The notes under the pieces were generated by a model that did not search any database, was not told the DNA's origin, and saw nothing but the letters and a program-made list of their open reading frames with translations. A stretch of DNA of 64,000 bases from positions 4,714 to 68,713 of the forward strand of contig CAKKRC010000012.1 in NCBI GenBank assembly GCA_919902495.1. Direction: 5' to 3'. Positions 9,387 to 19,619 of the stretch are shown here, in pieces. Position 1 is the first letter of the stretch; every line of letters starts with the position of its first letter. The position numbers and the translations under genes are program-made. Source of the DNA: Nitrospiria bacterium (lineage in GTDB: Bacteria; Nitrospirota; UBA9217).

Positions 9387-10778
9387 ATGAAGACGCGATC
9401 CCGTTGGTTCTTTCTCCTTGTCGTGCTGGCCTCGGTGATCGGCGGCTGCGCGATCCCCCACGCGCCGCTTCCCACCGATCCGAGCAATCCGCTGAAGCGG
9501 ATCGCGGTCCTTCCGATGAAGAACGATACGAACGATGTGGACGGCCCCGACGTGGTCCGTCAGAAGATTGCCGAGGCACTGACGAAACGGTCCTATGTGG
9601 TCATGGACACCAAGGAATCGGACCAGATCCTGCGGGACCGCATGGGGATCAACCTGGGCGGCCAGCTTGAGCTGACGACGCCGCAAAAACTGGGCGAGAC
9701 GCTGGGTGTCGAGGGCGTGCTGTACGGGACCCTCATGGACTTCGACGAGACCACGACCGGCCTGTACAACGCGAAGAAGGTGCGTGGCACGTTCAAGCTC
9801 GTGAACACCGCAACGGGCCAGACGATGTGGCAACGGGGGCTGGGCGTCAAGAAGGAACAGGGCACGTCCGGCCTGGCGAGCGGCCTCGTGAAGCTCGGCG
9901 CGAGGGCGGCTGACGCCCGGGACAAGGATGCGCCGTGGGTCCTGCTGCAGAGCACCACGACGAACCAGAGCGCGAAGGACTCGTTCATCATGGGATTAGG
10001 GACCAAACTGCTGTCAAAGGCGATCGGGATCCATCTCGAGGCCGAGTCCAAGGAACTGGCCCGCCTGGTCACGGACAATCTGGGTTGGGGCCCGGGAACG
10101 GGAGCGGCGCCCGCCGCCCCGGCGGCGCTCAAGTTCGCAATGCCGGAGATCAAGGCGCCCGCGCCGCCGTCCTTCGGCTACATGGATTGGGAAGGCAAGA
10201 AGGATTTCTACGCGGTTGTGCATTCAGTCAGCCTCAACAAGAGCGACAACAAGAGCTGGGTCATGGACGCGCCGCTCTGGATCACCGGCCCGAAGATGAA
10301 GATGGAAATGGACATGAGCAAGATGATGCAGGCCTCGGGCGCAAAGGACGCGGAACAGTCCCCCATGAGCAAGATGACCATGCTGAACCGCGGGGACAAG
10401 AAGACGGGCTACACGCTCTACCCGAACGTCCAGAAATACATCGTCCACACCGACACCGAGGAGCAGGGCGAGAAGCCGAAGGTGGAGAAGACCAAGGTGG
10501 GCAGCGAGACCATCGACGGCCACCCCTGTGACAAGTACAAGGTCGTCATCACCTACAAGAGCGAAAAGCCGCAGGAAGGGTTCATCTGGAACGCCAGGGA
10601 CCTGGGCGGCATGACCATCAAGAGCGAGGTGGAGAACAAGGACTTCAAGATGACGACGGAGCTCAAGAACATCGTGCTGAAGTCGTCACCCGCTTCGGTC
10701 TTCGAGATCCCGCAGGGCTATTTGGAGTCGAAGAATTTCATGGAGATCATGATGCCGGCGCAGCAGAAAGAGAAATAG
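9387..10778 (+). CDS. Lipoprotein: DUF799/GNA1162-like domain fused to DUF4412-like domain
   Basis: Lipobox VIGGC. IAVLP..N.T..VDGP...LG.EGVLYG.L N-domain, Pro/Ala linker, C-domain with G.ETIDGHPC.KY and P...FEIP.GY. Confidence 0.75.
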   Translation: MKTRSRWFFLLVVLASVIGGCAIPHAPLPTDPSNPLKRIAVLPMKNDTNDVDGPDVVRQKIAEALTKRSYVVMDTKESDQILRDRMGINLGGQLELTTPQKLGETLGVEGVLYGTLMDFDETTTGLYNAKKVRGTFKLVNTATGQTMWQRGLGVKKEQGTSGLASGLVKLGARAADARDKDAPWVLLQSTTTNQSAKDSFIMGLGTKLLSKAIGIHLEAESKELARLVTDNLGWGPGTGAAPAAPAALKFAMPEIKAPAPPSFGYMDWEGKKDFYAVVHSVSLNKSDNKSWVMDAPLWITGPKMKMEMDMSKMMQASGAKDAEQSPMSKMTMLNRGDKKTGYTLYPNVQKYIVHTDTEEQGEKPKVEKTKVGSETIDGHPCDKYKVVITYKSEKPQEGFIWNARDLGGMTIKSEVENKDFKMTTELKNIVLKSSPASVFEIPQGYLESKNFMEIMMPAQQKEK

Positions 10779-10821
10779 AAGAGAGATATTCCCGATATTC
10801 GGATCATTTAAGGAGGATACA

Positions 10822-11793
10822 ATGAAAGCAGTACTTCGGTTGATGGTTGTAATGATGGTCGTGACGGGCATACTGTCGACGGCCGGGTGCGCGCCCAAGA
10901 TCTCGGGTGCGGTGAAGGACGACACAACGGTCACCGGGACGTCGAAGGAACTGGCTAAAACGACTTCGGATGTAGAACAGTATACAGGCCCCAAGCTTCG
11001 CATTGGCGTAGTGAACTTCCAGAACAAGACCCCTTCGAAGGTGCTGGGCATCGGCGAGGCGGCGGCCGACATCCTGGGCACAATTTTACAAAAAACGGGC
11101 CGGTTCATCGTGATCCCGCAGCAGGACATCGAGTCCATCATGAAGCAGCAGGCTATGGGCGCCACGGGCGCCATCAATTCTGACACGGCGGCCAAGATGG
11201 GGTCGATCCTCGGGCTGAACGCCATCCTGACCGGCGCGGTGACGGCCTATTCCGAGGCGGAAGAGGGCCAGGACATGCTGGTGTACAAGACGAAGAAGCA
11301 GGTTGCCCGGGTGACGGTGGACTACCGCATCGTCGACACGACAACAGGCGTGCAGATGATGGCGGACTCCGGCGCGGGCATCTACGAGAAGAGCGTGGGC
11401 CGCGTGCTCGGCATGGGCGGCAAGTCGTCCTACGACTCCGACCTGCGTGACGGCGCATTGCGCGACGCGCTTACCAAGGCCATGGTCAACATGATGAAAT
11501 CGCTTGAGAGCAGCCCCTGGAAGGGCAAGATCATGAAGATCGCGGGCGATAAGGTCTACATCAACGCCGGCAAGAAGACCGGCCTGAAGGTCGGCGACAA
11601 GCTCGATGTCTACCGGGTAGGCGAGGACCTGATCGATCCGGATACCAAGATGAAGCTCGGTACGACGGAAGACAAGGTCGGCCAGGTGCTGATCACCCAG
11701 AACGACATCGGCGACAAGGGTGATGTGTCGGTCGCGCGCACGTCCTCCGGCACGGGATTCAAGCAGGGAGACATCGTCAAGTTTGTCAAATAA
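10822..11793 (+). CDS. CsgG/HfaB-family lipoprotein with FlgT-like C-terminal domain
   Basis: Lipobox TAGC. GPKLRIGVVNF, GRF.V, G.ILG...ILTG.VT, VD.RIVDTTTG, and VYINAG...GLKVGD...LIDPDT...LG. Confidence 0.85.
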   Translation: MKAVLRLMVVMMVVTGILSTAGCAPKISGAVKDDTTVTGTSKELAKTTSDVEQYTGPKLRIGVVNFQNKTPSKVLGIGEAAADILGTILQKTGRFIVIPQQDIESIMKQQAMGATGAINSDTAAKMGSILGLNAILTGAVTAYSEAEEGQDMLVYKTKKQVARVTVDYRIVDTTTGVQMMADSGAGIYEKSVGRVLGMGGKSSYDSDLRDGALRDALTKAMVNMMKSLESSPWKGKIMKIAGDKVYINAGKKTGLKVGDKLDVYRVGEDLIDPDTKMKLGTTEDKVGQVLITQNDIGDKGDVSVARTSSGTGFKQGDIVKFVK

Positions 11794-11813
11794 CTGCCCC
11801 CCGCGTGACTTTG

Positions 11814-11848
11814 AAGCCCCTTTGGGTATTGCCCAAAGGGGCTTTTTT
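11814..11848 (+). terminator. Intrinsic terminator
   Basis: 13-bp stem AAGCCCCTTTGGG/CCCAAAGGGGCTT plus T-run. Confidence 0.85.
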
Positions 11849-12133
11849 ATTGAGTGAATCCAGAAGCGATTGCATTCCCAGACGCTTGAAAGGGGGTTAG
11901 CGAGCGATTTAGGGTAGTGATAACTTCCTTGAAGTTCGAACAATGTGTTTGAGGCGGATGATTGAGATGTCCGAGAAAGAAAGCTTGAAAAATAATTGTA
12001 AGAAGCATATATTAGATTTCAGTTTACTATTAAAGCAATATTATCAATTGGTTGGGTTTCCGTATGCGGTTTTAGAGGCGTCATGATTCATAAGCGCTGG
12101 CCAATTTAAGAACAAAAGTTTTTTGATAAATCT

Positions 12134-12862
12134 ATGCAAAAGGCTTTGACCAAAGAGAAGCAGGTTAAGACGATTGGCTCCTTTAAATTGCCTTTAGTAA
12201 ACTGGTTTTTATTTGTCCCGTCTGTAGCTATTAGCAGTGTTCAGCTATCAAAAATAGATCCCCTTTACCGGCGCCGGCTGAGTAGTTTATCAAAAATGGC
12301 AATTGTGGCGGCATCTTCTTGCTTAAATGAGAAGCTTCCTCGACTACATACAGTTTTTGCGTCTAGGCACGGCGAGATTGGGAGTACGGTAAAAATGCTT
12401 CATGATTTATCTAGTCAAACACAGCTTTCCCCTGCAGCTTTTAGCCTATCAGTACATAGTACGGCAGCGGGCTTCTTGTCAATTGCGCGCTCGGACCATT
12501 CTTCCTTTACGACTGTATCAGCCGGTACAGAGACGCTATTCGCAGCTTTTCAAGAAGCAGCAGGGCAATTAGCAAAAAATCCGTCTTTGTCTTTACTCGT
12601 GATTTGTGCTGATGAGGTCCTACCGGAGGAACTGAGCAAGTTTGGAGATTCGACGGATAAAGATCATGCCTTAGCCCTTTATTTTAATGCGGCTGCAATG
12701 CAGAAGGAATTAGTTATTGAAAGTGATGCTTTTATTGGCGAGAGAAGTAGATCGCAACCAGCAATTGCTTTTGCAGATTTTCTGGTCAGTGGCGAGCGTG
12801 TATTTCATTGGAATGGGATGAGGACCTCGTGGAAGATTAAACTAAATGAAAAATCGCATTGA
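12134..12862 (+). CDS. apeC: Beta-ketoacyl synthase chain-length factor
   Basis: RRRLS.LSKMA, VFASRHGE and LSP..FSLSVH motifs. No catalytic Cys. Confidence 0.88.
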   Translation: MQKALTKEKQVKTIGSFKLPLVNWFLFVPSVAISSVQLSKIDPLYRRRLSSLSKMAIVAASSCLNEKLPRLHTVFASRHGEIGSTVKMLHDLSSQTQLSPAAFSLSVHSTAAGFLSIARSDHSSFTTVSAGTETLFAAFQEAAGQLAKNPSLSLLVICADEVLPEELSKFGDSTDKDHALALYFNAAAMQKELVIESDAFIGERSRSQPAIAFADFLVSGERVFHWNGMRTSWKIKLNEKSH

Positions 12863-13622
12863 ATATTTATGGCGGCTAGTTGCTACCGCTGGCTGCTATG
12901 CCGTATTTTATGCGTCTGCTTTTGTTTTCATAGTGCTGGTACTGCCTGTTATCCATGTTGTTTTCCAAAACAGCGCGTCGCGAAATAGAAAGGTCCGCTG
13001 GATTATCAACAAGTACTTCATTTTCTTTGTACGCCTAATGGTCGGTTTGGGATGCATTCATATAGGGCTTTATGGAGCAGATCAATTAAAGAGTCGTAGT
13101 CCTAGGATGGTGATTGCGAACCATCCATCGTATTTAGATATCGTTATTCTTCTTTCTCTGATTCCCAATGCATGCTGTATTGTTAACAGTAATTTATTGT
13201 CAAATCCTTTTATAGGGCTGATTGTAAAGTCTGCCGGTTTTATTTGCAATAAGATGGATTCTGAACAGGTTATTAACGATTGTATCAGTGCATTAAATAG
13301 TGGATGCCCTATAATATTTTTCCCTGAAGGGACGAGATCCGTTCCTGGCCGAGCGTTCAAGTTTCACCGGGGATTCGCTCACGTTGTTCTGAAAAGCGGG
13401 TTTGATATTCAACCTGTAACTATCAACTGTGAACCATCGATTTTAGCCAAGAGTGTTCCGTGGTATAAGATTCCCGATCGTTCAGCAAAGTTTATTATAC
13501 ACGCAAAGCAAAACATGAAAGCATCCAATATTACTGATGTTCATGAGGCACCTGCGATCGCAGCACGCAAAGTAGTGAGATATTTAGAGTGTTATTATGA
13601 CAAAGAGATGGGGATTCGATGA
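12846..13622 (+). CDS. apeD: Lysophospholipid (PlsC-like) acyltransferase
   Basis: NHPSYLD (HX4D) and FFPEGTRS motifs. Confidence 0.9.
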   Translation: MKNRIEYLWRLVATAGCYAVFYASAFVFIVLVLPVIHVVFQNSASRNRKVRWIINKYFIFFVRLMVGLGCIHIGLYGADQLKSRSPRMVIANHPSYLDIVILLSLIPNACCIVNSNLLSNPFIGLIVKSAGFICNKMDSEQVINDCISALNSGCPIIFFPEGTRSVPGRAFKFHRGFAHVVLKSGFDIQPVTINCEPSILAKSVPWYKIPDRSAKFIIHAKQNMKASNITDVHEAPAIAARKVVRYLECYYDKEMGIR

Positions 13623-13879
13623 GCGTAAATTTTGAAGACGAAGTGAAAATCTTTATTATTGAAGCGCTAGGATTAGAAGATGTGAGGCCGGAGAATATTA
13701 CTGGCGATACACACTTGTTTGGAGAAGGGCTTGGCCTTGATTCTATTGATGCATTAGAATTGGGTATGGCCATTCACAAGAAATACGGTATTCGTATTGA
13801 GTCGGGAGATAAAAGCATTCGGCAGCATTTTAGAACCGTGACAACATTATCGAAGTTCATAGATGCTAATAAAAAATAG
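13619..13879 (+). CDS. apeE: Acyl carrier protein
   Basis: LFGEGLGLDSIDALE phosphopantetheine site. Confidence 0.92.
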   Translation: MSVNFEDEVKIFIIEALGLEDVRPENITGDTHLFGEGLGLDSIDALELGMAIHKKYGIRIESGDKSIRQHFRTVTTLSKFIDANKK

Positions 13880-13891
13880 CAGAGGAAAGAT

Positions 13892-14143
13892 ATGAGATTA
13901 TCTGAACAAGAGATATTTGAAAAATTAAAAAAAATACTGATCGATAAGTTTGAAATAAAAGAAGATAAAATAACGCTGGATGCGCACTTATATCGCGATC
14001 TCGGTCTTGATTCAATTGATGCGGTCGATTTGGCTATTCGAGTGCAGGACCTCACAGGCAAGCGAATTGAGCGAGATGATTTTCATGATGTGAGAACCGT
14101 GGGGGATATTGTTAAGGCTGCGCATGCCCTGTTTAATGAATGA
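13892..14143 (+). CDS. apeF: Acyl carrier protein
   Basis: DLGLDSIDAVD phosphopantetheine site. Confidence 0.92.
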   Translation: MRLSEQEIFEKLKKILIDKFEIKEDKITLDAHLYRDLGLDSIDAVDLAIRVQDLTGKRIERDDFHDVRTVGDIVKAAHALFNE

Positions 14144-14727
14144 ATGCCATGAGCATAATTGCCACGGTATTGACCGCCATTTATCCATTGCTGGTATATT
14201 TTGGATTGAACAGATTTGAACCGCAGGTGATGGCTGTTCTTCTTGCTTTTGCAGCGCTCCTGCGCTGGCGGGGCGGTCAGAAAGCCCTGTCTGGTCTCGG
14301 CTGGGAGGGTTATGCTGCCCTGGCCGTGCCCATGTCTCTGGCTATTGCGACGGGCATAGGGAACAAGGAAATAACCCTTAAGTTATATCCGGTTGCCGTT
14401 AATGTAACATTGCTTGTAACCTTCGGCGCAACCTTATTCAGCAAAGAAAGCATGGTAGAACGAATAGCGCGTATGCGCAGTAAAGATAGACATCTTAATG
14501 ACGAAGAGGTGCTGTATACACGAAGAGTGACTGAAATATGGTGCGCTTTCTTTGCGGTGAATGGAGCAATTTCTGCGTGGACGGCCATGCGAACGAGCCG
14601 TGAAATTTGGGCATTCTATAATGGTTTCCTTGTCTATATTGTCATAGCGACAATTTTCAGCGTTGAATGGTTGTGTCGTCGTCGATTAATATCCAAAAAG
14701 GATCGTGAAAAACTTGAGCCTAAGTAG
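14140..14727 (+). CDS. apeG: APE-cluster membrane protein (COG4648-like)
   Basis: YP.LVYFG, LKLYPV..N, YTRRVT..W..FF..NG and W..YNG...Y motifs. Position in operon. Confidence 0.85.
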   Translation: MNAMSIIATVLTAIYPLLVYFGLNRFEPQVMAVLLAFAALLRWRGGQKALSGLGWEGYAALAVPMSLAIATGIGNKEITLKLYPVAVNVTLLVTFGATLFSKESMVERIARMRSKDRHLNDEEVLYTRRVTEIWCAFFAVNGAISAWTAMRTSREIWAFYNGFLVYIVIATIFSVEWLCRRRLISKKDREKLEPK

Positions 14728-16369
14728 ACTACTTTTGGATATTCGCCCCGCTGAGCAGCCGATTGCGCTCAAAAATCGGGGCTCAGCAGTTACGTGGGAT
14801 GCCTTTATAGGCGGCACGGAAAAACTATATAGTGATATTGTTTCATCAACGTCCGACAGATGGATTCTTGCATGTCCAGATCCTATAGAGTTTCTTGCAG
14901 CGATGTTCGCAGTATGGCATGCCGGTAAAATACCCGTAATTCCCTCCAACTATCAGAAAGAAAGCATATCAGCTGCTCGCAGTAAATCTGATGGCATTAT
15001 CGATAATGTTGACTTGTCTCCATCAAAGCGTCCTCCAGTAAAATTCAATGCTCTCGACCTTCACGCAAGCAAGCTAATTCTTTTTACCTCAGGGTCATCT
15101 GGTAAACCAAAACTCGTAGAGAAGACACTCTTGCAACTAGATTCCGAAGTGCTTTCCCTGGAATTGCAATGGGGGGCAAGACTTAATAAATACCCGGTTG
15201 TTGCCACCGTTCCGCATTATCATATCTATGGGCTGCTCTTTCGATTGCTATGGCCGGTGCTGGCCGGCCGGGTGTTTATCGCAGATGAATTGACCATGCC
15301 GGATATCTTATTTTCGCAAATCCGAAAGATCGGTCCTGTTGTCCTCATTTCAAGTCCTGCCCACCTGACTCGAATACCAGCGCTTGTTGACTTGCAGGAT
15401 ATTAAACCTTACGTAGAATGTATCTTTTCTTCCGGGGCTCCTTTACCACATGATGTGGCATCGCTGTACGGTGAAAAAATGGGTAGTGCGCCGATAGAAG
15501 TATACGGCTCGACCGAAACAGGCGGAATCGGCTGGCGACAGGGTAGTTTATCGTGGACGCCTTTTCCATCGGTCAACATCAGGCTATCCGGAGCAGGAAC
15601 GTTAGAAGCGAAGTCGCAGCATACAGATAATCAGGATTGGTTTCGAACCGAAGATCTTGCAAAGATCGAAGAGGACGGTCGATTCTCTATTTCTGGCCGT
15701 GCAGATCGTATTGTTAAAATCGAAGGCAAGAGGGTTTCGCTTGATGAAATAACGGATCGTTTGAGTAATCATCCCTGGACCGATAGTTCGGGGGTTGTGT
15801 TTCTTGAAAAAGCGCGAAATACGCTTGGTGCCGTGGTCGTTTTATCAACGGAAGGAAGCGAGCAGCACAGTCGGCAGGATAAATCACAGATTGTTAAAAG
15901 ACTAAAAGAACATCTGTCCCAATGGTACGACCCCGTAGTCATTCCGAGACTTTGGCGCTTTGTTAGCCGCATGCCTACATCCGATCGAGGAAAAACCACG
16001 ATATCAGGTCTAACATCACTCTTTGCAGATGATCCCGCTGACGGGCCAGTGATTATTTCAATGAGTAAGGCTGACAACGTCCTCGATCTTCTGCTGTTCG
16101 TACCTTCCACATTGCCACACTTTGAAGGTCACTTTCCCGAATTCCCAGTTTTGCCAGGCGTGCTTCAAATACACTGGGCAGCGCTATATGGGATGCGTGA
16201 ACTCAATATCAAAGGACATTTTGCGAGAATCAAGAAATTGAAATTTCACCGCGTAATATTGCCGAACACGGAATTGACACTGCAGGTAGTCGCACATAAC
16301 AATAAACTCGATTTTTCATATAAAACCGCTGAGGGTATGCATTCTTCGGGACAACTGGAATTTAAGTAA
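14705..16369 (+). CDS. apeH: AMP-binding acyl-ACP synthetase fused to ApeI-like hotdog dehydratase
   Basis: FTSGSSGKPK, YGSTETGG and GRADR.VKIEG motifs. C-terminal FEGHFP..PVLPGV.Q. Confidence 0.9.
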   Translation: MKNLSLSRLLLDIRPAEQPIALKNRGSAVTWDAFIGGTEKLYSDIVSSTSDRWILACPDPIEFLAAMFAVWHAGKIPVIPSNYQKESISAARSKSDGIIDNVDLSPSKRPPVKFNALDLHASKLILFTSGSSGKPKLVEKTLLQLDSEVLSLELQWGARLNKYPVVATVPHYHIYGLLFRLLWPVLAGRVFIADELTMPDILFSQIRKIGPVVLISSPAHLTRIPALVDLQDIKPYVECIFSSGAPLPHDVASLYGEKMGSAPIEVYGSTETGGIGWRQGSLSWTPFPSVNIRLSGAGTLEAKSQHTDNQDWFRTEDLAKIEEDGRFSISGRADRIVKIEGKRVSLDEITDRLSNHPWTDSSGVVFLEKARNTLGAVVVLSTEGSEQHSRQDKSQIVKRLKEHLSQWYDPVVIPRLWRFVSRMPTSDRGKTTISGLTSLFADDPADGPVIISMSKADNVLDLLLFVPSTLPHFEGHFPEFPVLPGVLQIHWAALYGMRELNIKGHFARIKKLKFHRVILPNTELTLQVVAHNNKLDFSYKTAEGMHSSGQLEFK

Positions 16370-16375
16370 TATCCT

Positions 16376-17131
16376 ATGATTTTTAAACCATGCATAGTAA
16401 TACCAATATACAACCACGGTTATGCTATCGCAGCGACTATAGATAGCTTGAAAATATATGGTCTGCCGATTATCGTAATCGATGATGGCTCAGAGGAGAC
16501 GACTAAACGTTCAATAGCAAAGGTCGCTACGACGCATCCGGATCTTCAAGTGCTTGTCCACAAACAAAACAAGGGGAAGGGAGCCGCACTAAAGACGGGA
16601 TTTCGAAAGGCACTTAATGATGGTTTTACTCATGCCTTGCAGGTAGATGCTGATGGTCAACATAATTTAAACGATATTCCTTCATTCCTCGTGAAAGGAA
16701 AAGAATCTCCCAACTGCCTAATCTGCGGTGAGCCTGTATACGATGAGTCAATACCCAAAAGTCGTCTCTATGGCCGGCGCATAACAAACTTTTGGATAGT
16801 TGTTGAAACGCTGTCGCATAAGATTCCGGATGCTATGTGTGGTTACCGGCTGTATCCACTTCAACAAACGGTTTCGTTGCTAGATAGATACTTTGTCGGA
16901 GATCGGATGGAATCCGATATCGATCTCCTCGTGCGCTTTGCTTGGCTACCTATGCCGATATATTGGATAAAAACGAAGGTGCAATATCCTAAGGGCGGAT
17001 GGTCAAATTTCCGTCTGTTTCAGGATAACGCACGGATATCCTGGGCTCATACCCGTCTTGTGGCCGGGATGATAACGCATCTTCCTTCGCTGTTAAGCAA
17101 TAAAATGAACATGGGGCGAACTAGTGGGTAG
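16376..17131 (+). CDS. Family 2 glycosyltransferase (N-terminal half of ApeJ-like)
   Basis: VIP.YNH, IDDGS, N.GKGAA, QVDADGQH. Confidence 0.9.
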   Translation: MIFKPCIVIPIYNHGYAIAATIDSLKIYGLPIIVIDDGSEETTKRSIAKVATTHPDLQVLVHKQNKGKGAALKTGFRKALNDGFTHALQVDADGQHNLNDIPSFLVKGKESPNCLICGEPVYDESIPKSRLYGRRITNFWIVVETLSHKIPDAMCGYRLYPLQQTVSLLDRYFVGDRMESDIDLLVRFAWLPMPIYWIKTKVQYPKGGWSNFRLFQDNARISWAHTRLVAGMITHLPSLLSNKMNMGRTSG

Positions 17132-18047
17132 ATCTGCTCATTGGGCAAAGCTTGCAGAACGCGGTAGCTATTGGGGGCTTGCTTTAACTTTTACAATCTA
17201 CCGAGTGCTTGGGCGAGCGATTGCACGGTTGCTGCTGTTTCCGATTACTATATGGTTTTTCATTACCGGCACAAAAGCGCGGCGCGCATCTCATGATTAT
17301 TTAAATAGGATCCACCGGGCAGGTGCGCTTGCTGAACCTCCTACGGTTATAGACGCCTTTCGGCATTTCTATTCCTTTGCGGAAACGGCCTTAGACAAGG
17401 TCGAAGCATGGACGGGTCGTATTGCAGCTGAGCGGATCGACTTCCCCAATCAGTACGAACTTGAACAATTAGCCAGGAGCGGGCGAGGAGCGCTCTTTAT
17501 TACCGCACATTTGGGAAACATAGAGCTGGCCCGCGCTATAGGTACGAATGCGGGGTGGAAAAAGATAAATGCAATTGTGTACACAGAGCATGCACAGAAA
17601 TTCAATTCCCTATTGAATAAGATGCATCCACAATCGGCGCTAAAACTGATTCACATATCGTCATTTGGGGTCGATACGGCCATCTCCCTTAAAGAAAAAA
17701 TTGATGCAGGAGAATGGGTTTTCATTGTCGGGGACAGGACGCCGGTTTCCTCAAGCGGACGTGTGGTAATGGCAAATTTTCTGGGATCACCGGCGCCATT
17801 TGCCATAGGCCCGTACATGCTTGCTCATCTTATGGCATGTAAAGTATATTTAATATTCTGTGTGCGTAAGAAGGAAAGGTTTCATATCTACTTGGAGCCT
17901 TTTGCTGAGAAAATCGAGCTCCCGTCGAGGACGCGACAAGCCGCTATCGAGAAATGGGCGGCTCTCTATGCCGAGCGGCTGGCTTATTACACGATGAAAA
18001 CGCCTTATCAGTGGTTCAATTTTTATAACTACTGGGGAAGAAATTAA
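17124..18047 (+). CDS. LpxL/LpxP-like acyltransferase (C-terminal half of ApeJ-like)
   Basis: HW....ERG, AHLGN.E, GDR and PYQWFNFY.YW motifs. Confidence 0.88.
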   Translation: MGRSAHWAKLAERGSYWGLALTFTIYRVLGRAIARLLLFPITIWFFITGTKARRASHDYLNRIHRAGALAEPPTVIDAFRHFYSFAETALDKVEAWTGRIAAERIDFPNQYELEQLARSGRGALFITAHLGNIELARAIGTNAGWKKINAIVYTEHAQKFNSLLNKMHPQSALKLIHISSFGVDTAISLKEKIDAGEWVFIVGDRTPVSSSGRVVMANFLGSPAPFAIGPYMLAHLMACKVYLIFCVRKKERFHIYLEPFAEKIELPSRTRQAAIEKWAALYAERLAYYTMKTPYQWFNFYNYWGRN

Positions 18048-18068
18048 ATACGATTGTTCGGTGAGACA

Positions 18069-19619
18069 ATGACAGAGAAGAACAAACAAGCAGAACAGAG
18101 TAAGGCTTTAGTAATAGGAGAAGGCCGCATCACTATTGATGATGTGGTTTCAGTCTCAAGGGGAAGAGCGGTGACCCTCGCTAAAGGCGAGGCATTCAGA
18201 TCTCGCATAGTGCGCGGCGCTCGTTATCTTGAGGAACGACTTTCTATTGGCGATACGGTGTATGGCGTGAATACCGGCTACGGCGAATCATGCCATACGG
18301 ACGTGCCCGCTGAGCTTGTCGAAGACTTGCCGATACACCTGTCTCGTTATCACGGTTGCGGACTCGGCAAATTCCTTTCGCCACCTGCATCCCGGGCCGT
18401 CATGGTTTGCAGGCTCACATCGCTTGCGCAGGGTTATTCCGGAGTACGCATAGAGTTGCTTGAAGGAATAGAAGCTCTTCTCAATAACAACATATTACCC
18501 CGTATTCCAGAAGAGGGCTCCGTTGGCGCATCTGGCGACCTTACGCCGTTATCATATATTGCGGCTGCGCTTATTGGCGAACGTACGGTATTGTTCAACG
18601 GATCAGTCCGGCCTGCAGCAAAAGCGCTTGCGGAGGCAAGAATACGACCATTGAAGCTGGCACCGAAGGAAGCACTGGGCATCATGAACGGAACTGCTGT
18701 CATGACGGCGTTGGCGTGCCTGGCATTTGATCGATCTGAATATCTAACGCGGCTAACGGCTCGAATAACAGCGCTTGCTTCAATAGCTTTAAGTGGAAAT
18801 AAAGGACATTTTGATCCCCGCTTGTTTGCCCTGAAGCCGCATCAAGGTCAAAATGAAGTAGCAGCCTGGATATTTAATGAGCTGCCGTCAGAACCGGGAG
18901 AAACGAGTCGGATCCAGGACCGCTATTCTATACGATGTGCGCCGCACGTGATTGGCGTGCTGCGAGATGCTCTTACGTGGATCAGACGCGACATTGAAAA
19001 TGAGTTAAACAGTGCAAATGATAATCCATTGATAGACCCGGATGAGGGATGGGTGTTGCACGGAGGACACTTCTACGGGGGCCATGTGGCATTTGCCATG
19101 GATGGCCTTAAGGCAGCCGTGGCAGGCCTGGCTGATCTTATGGACCGACAAATGGCCCTATTGGTAGATCATCGCTATAGTAACGGACTGCCCCAGAACC
19201 TGTCAGGCTCGACCGGTACACGAGCGGCAATAAATCACGGGTTCAAGGCCGTGCAAATTGCGACTTCTGCGTGGGCCGCTGAAGCATTGAAATTAACAAT
19301 GCCTGCGGCCAGCTTTTCTCGCTCTACTGAGTGTCATAATCAGGACAAGGTATCAATGGGGACGATTGCCGCGCGAGACGGGCTTCGTATCTTAGAACTG
19401 ACGGAACAAGTGACGGCAGCCCTTATACTGGCGTGTTCGCAAGGCGTTCAATTACGAGAAAAGCTAAGCACAGGCCATTACAAGAAACTGCCGGCGGAGA
19501 TTCGCGCGTTCCATGAAAGTGTTGCATTTAAATATCTGGATGAAGACCGCCCGCTTGATGAAGAGCTTCGAGCGGTAATCGAGGATATACACAATAAGCG
19601 ATGGGAGTTGTACAAATGA
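18069..19619 (+). CDS. MIO-dependent aromatic amino acid ammonia-lyase (HAL/PAL/TAL family)
   Basis: YGVNTGYG, GSVGASGDL (ASG MIO), QDRYSIRC, NDNP, NQDKVSMG. Confidence 0.93.
   Translation: MTEKNKQAEQSKALVIGEGRITIDDVVSVSRGRAVTLAKGEAFRSRIVRGARYLEERLSIGDTVYGVNTGYGESCHTDVPAELVEDLPIHLSRYHGCGLGKFLSPPASRAVMVCRLTSLAQGYSGVRIELLEGIEALLNNNILPRIPEEGSVGASGDLTPLSYIAAALIGERTVLFNGSVRPAAKALAEARIRPLKLAPKEALGIMNGTAVMTALACLAFDRSEYLTRLTARITALASIALSGNKGHFDPRLFALKPHQGQNEVAAWIFNELPSEPGETSRIQDRYSIRCAPHVIGVLRDALTWIRRDIENELNSANDNPLIDPDEGWVLHGGHFYGGHVAFAMDGLKAAVAGLADLMDRQMALLVDHRYSNGLPQNLSGSTGTRAAINHGFKAVQIATSAWAAEALKLTMPAASFSRSTECHNQDKVSMGTIAARDGLRILELTEQVTAALILACSQGVQLREKLSTGHYKKLPAEIRAFHESVAFKYLDEDRPLDEELRAVIEDIHNKRWELYK

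Noticed and set aside
10822-11793. Curli secretion system
   Set aside because: There are no csgA/B/E/F-like genes, and the CsgG-like domain is fused to a FlgT-like domain.
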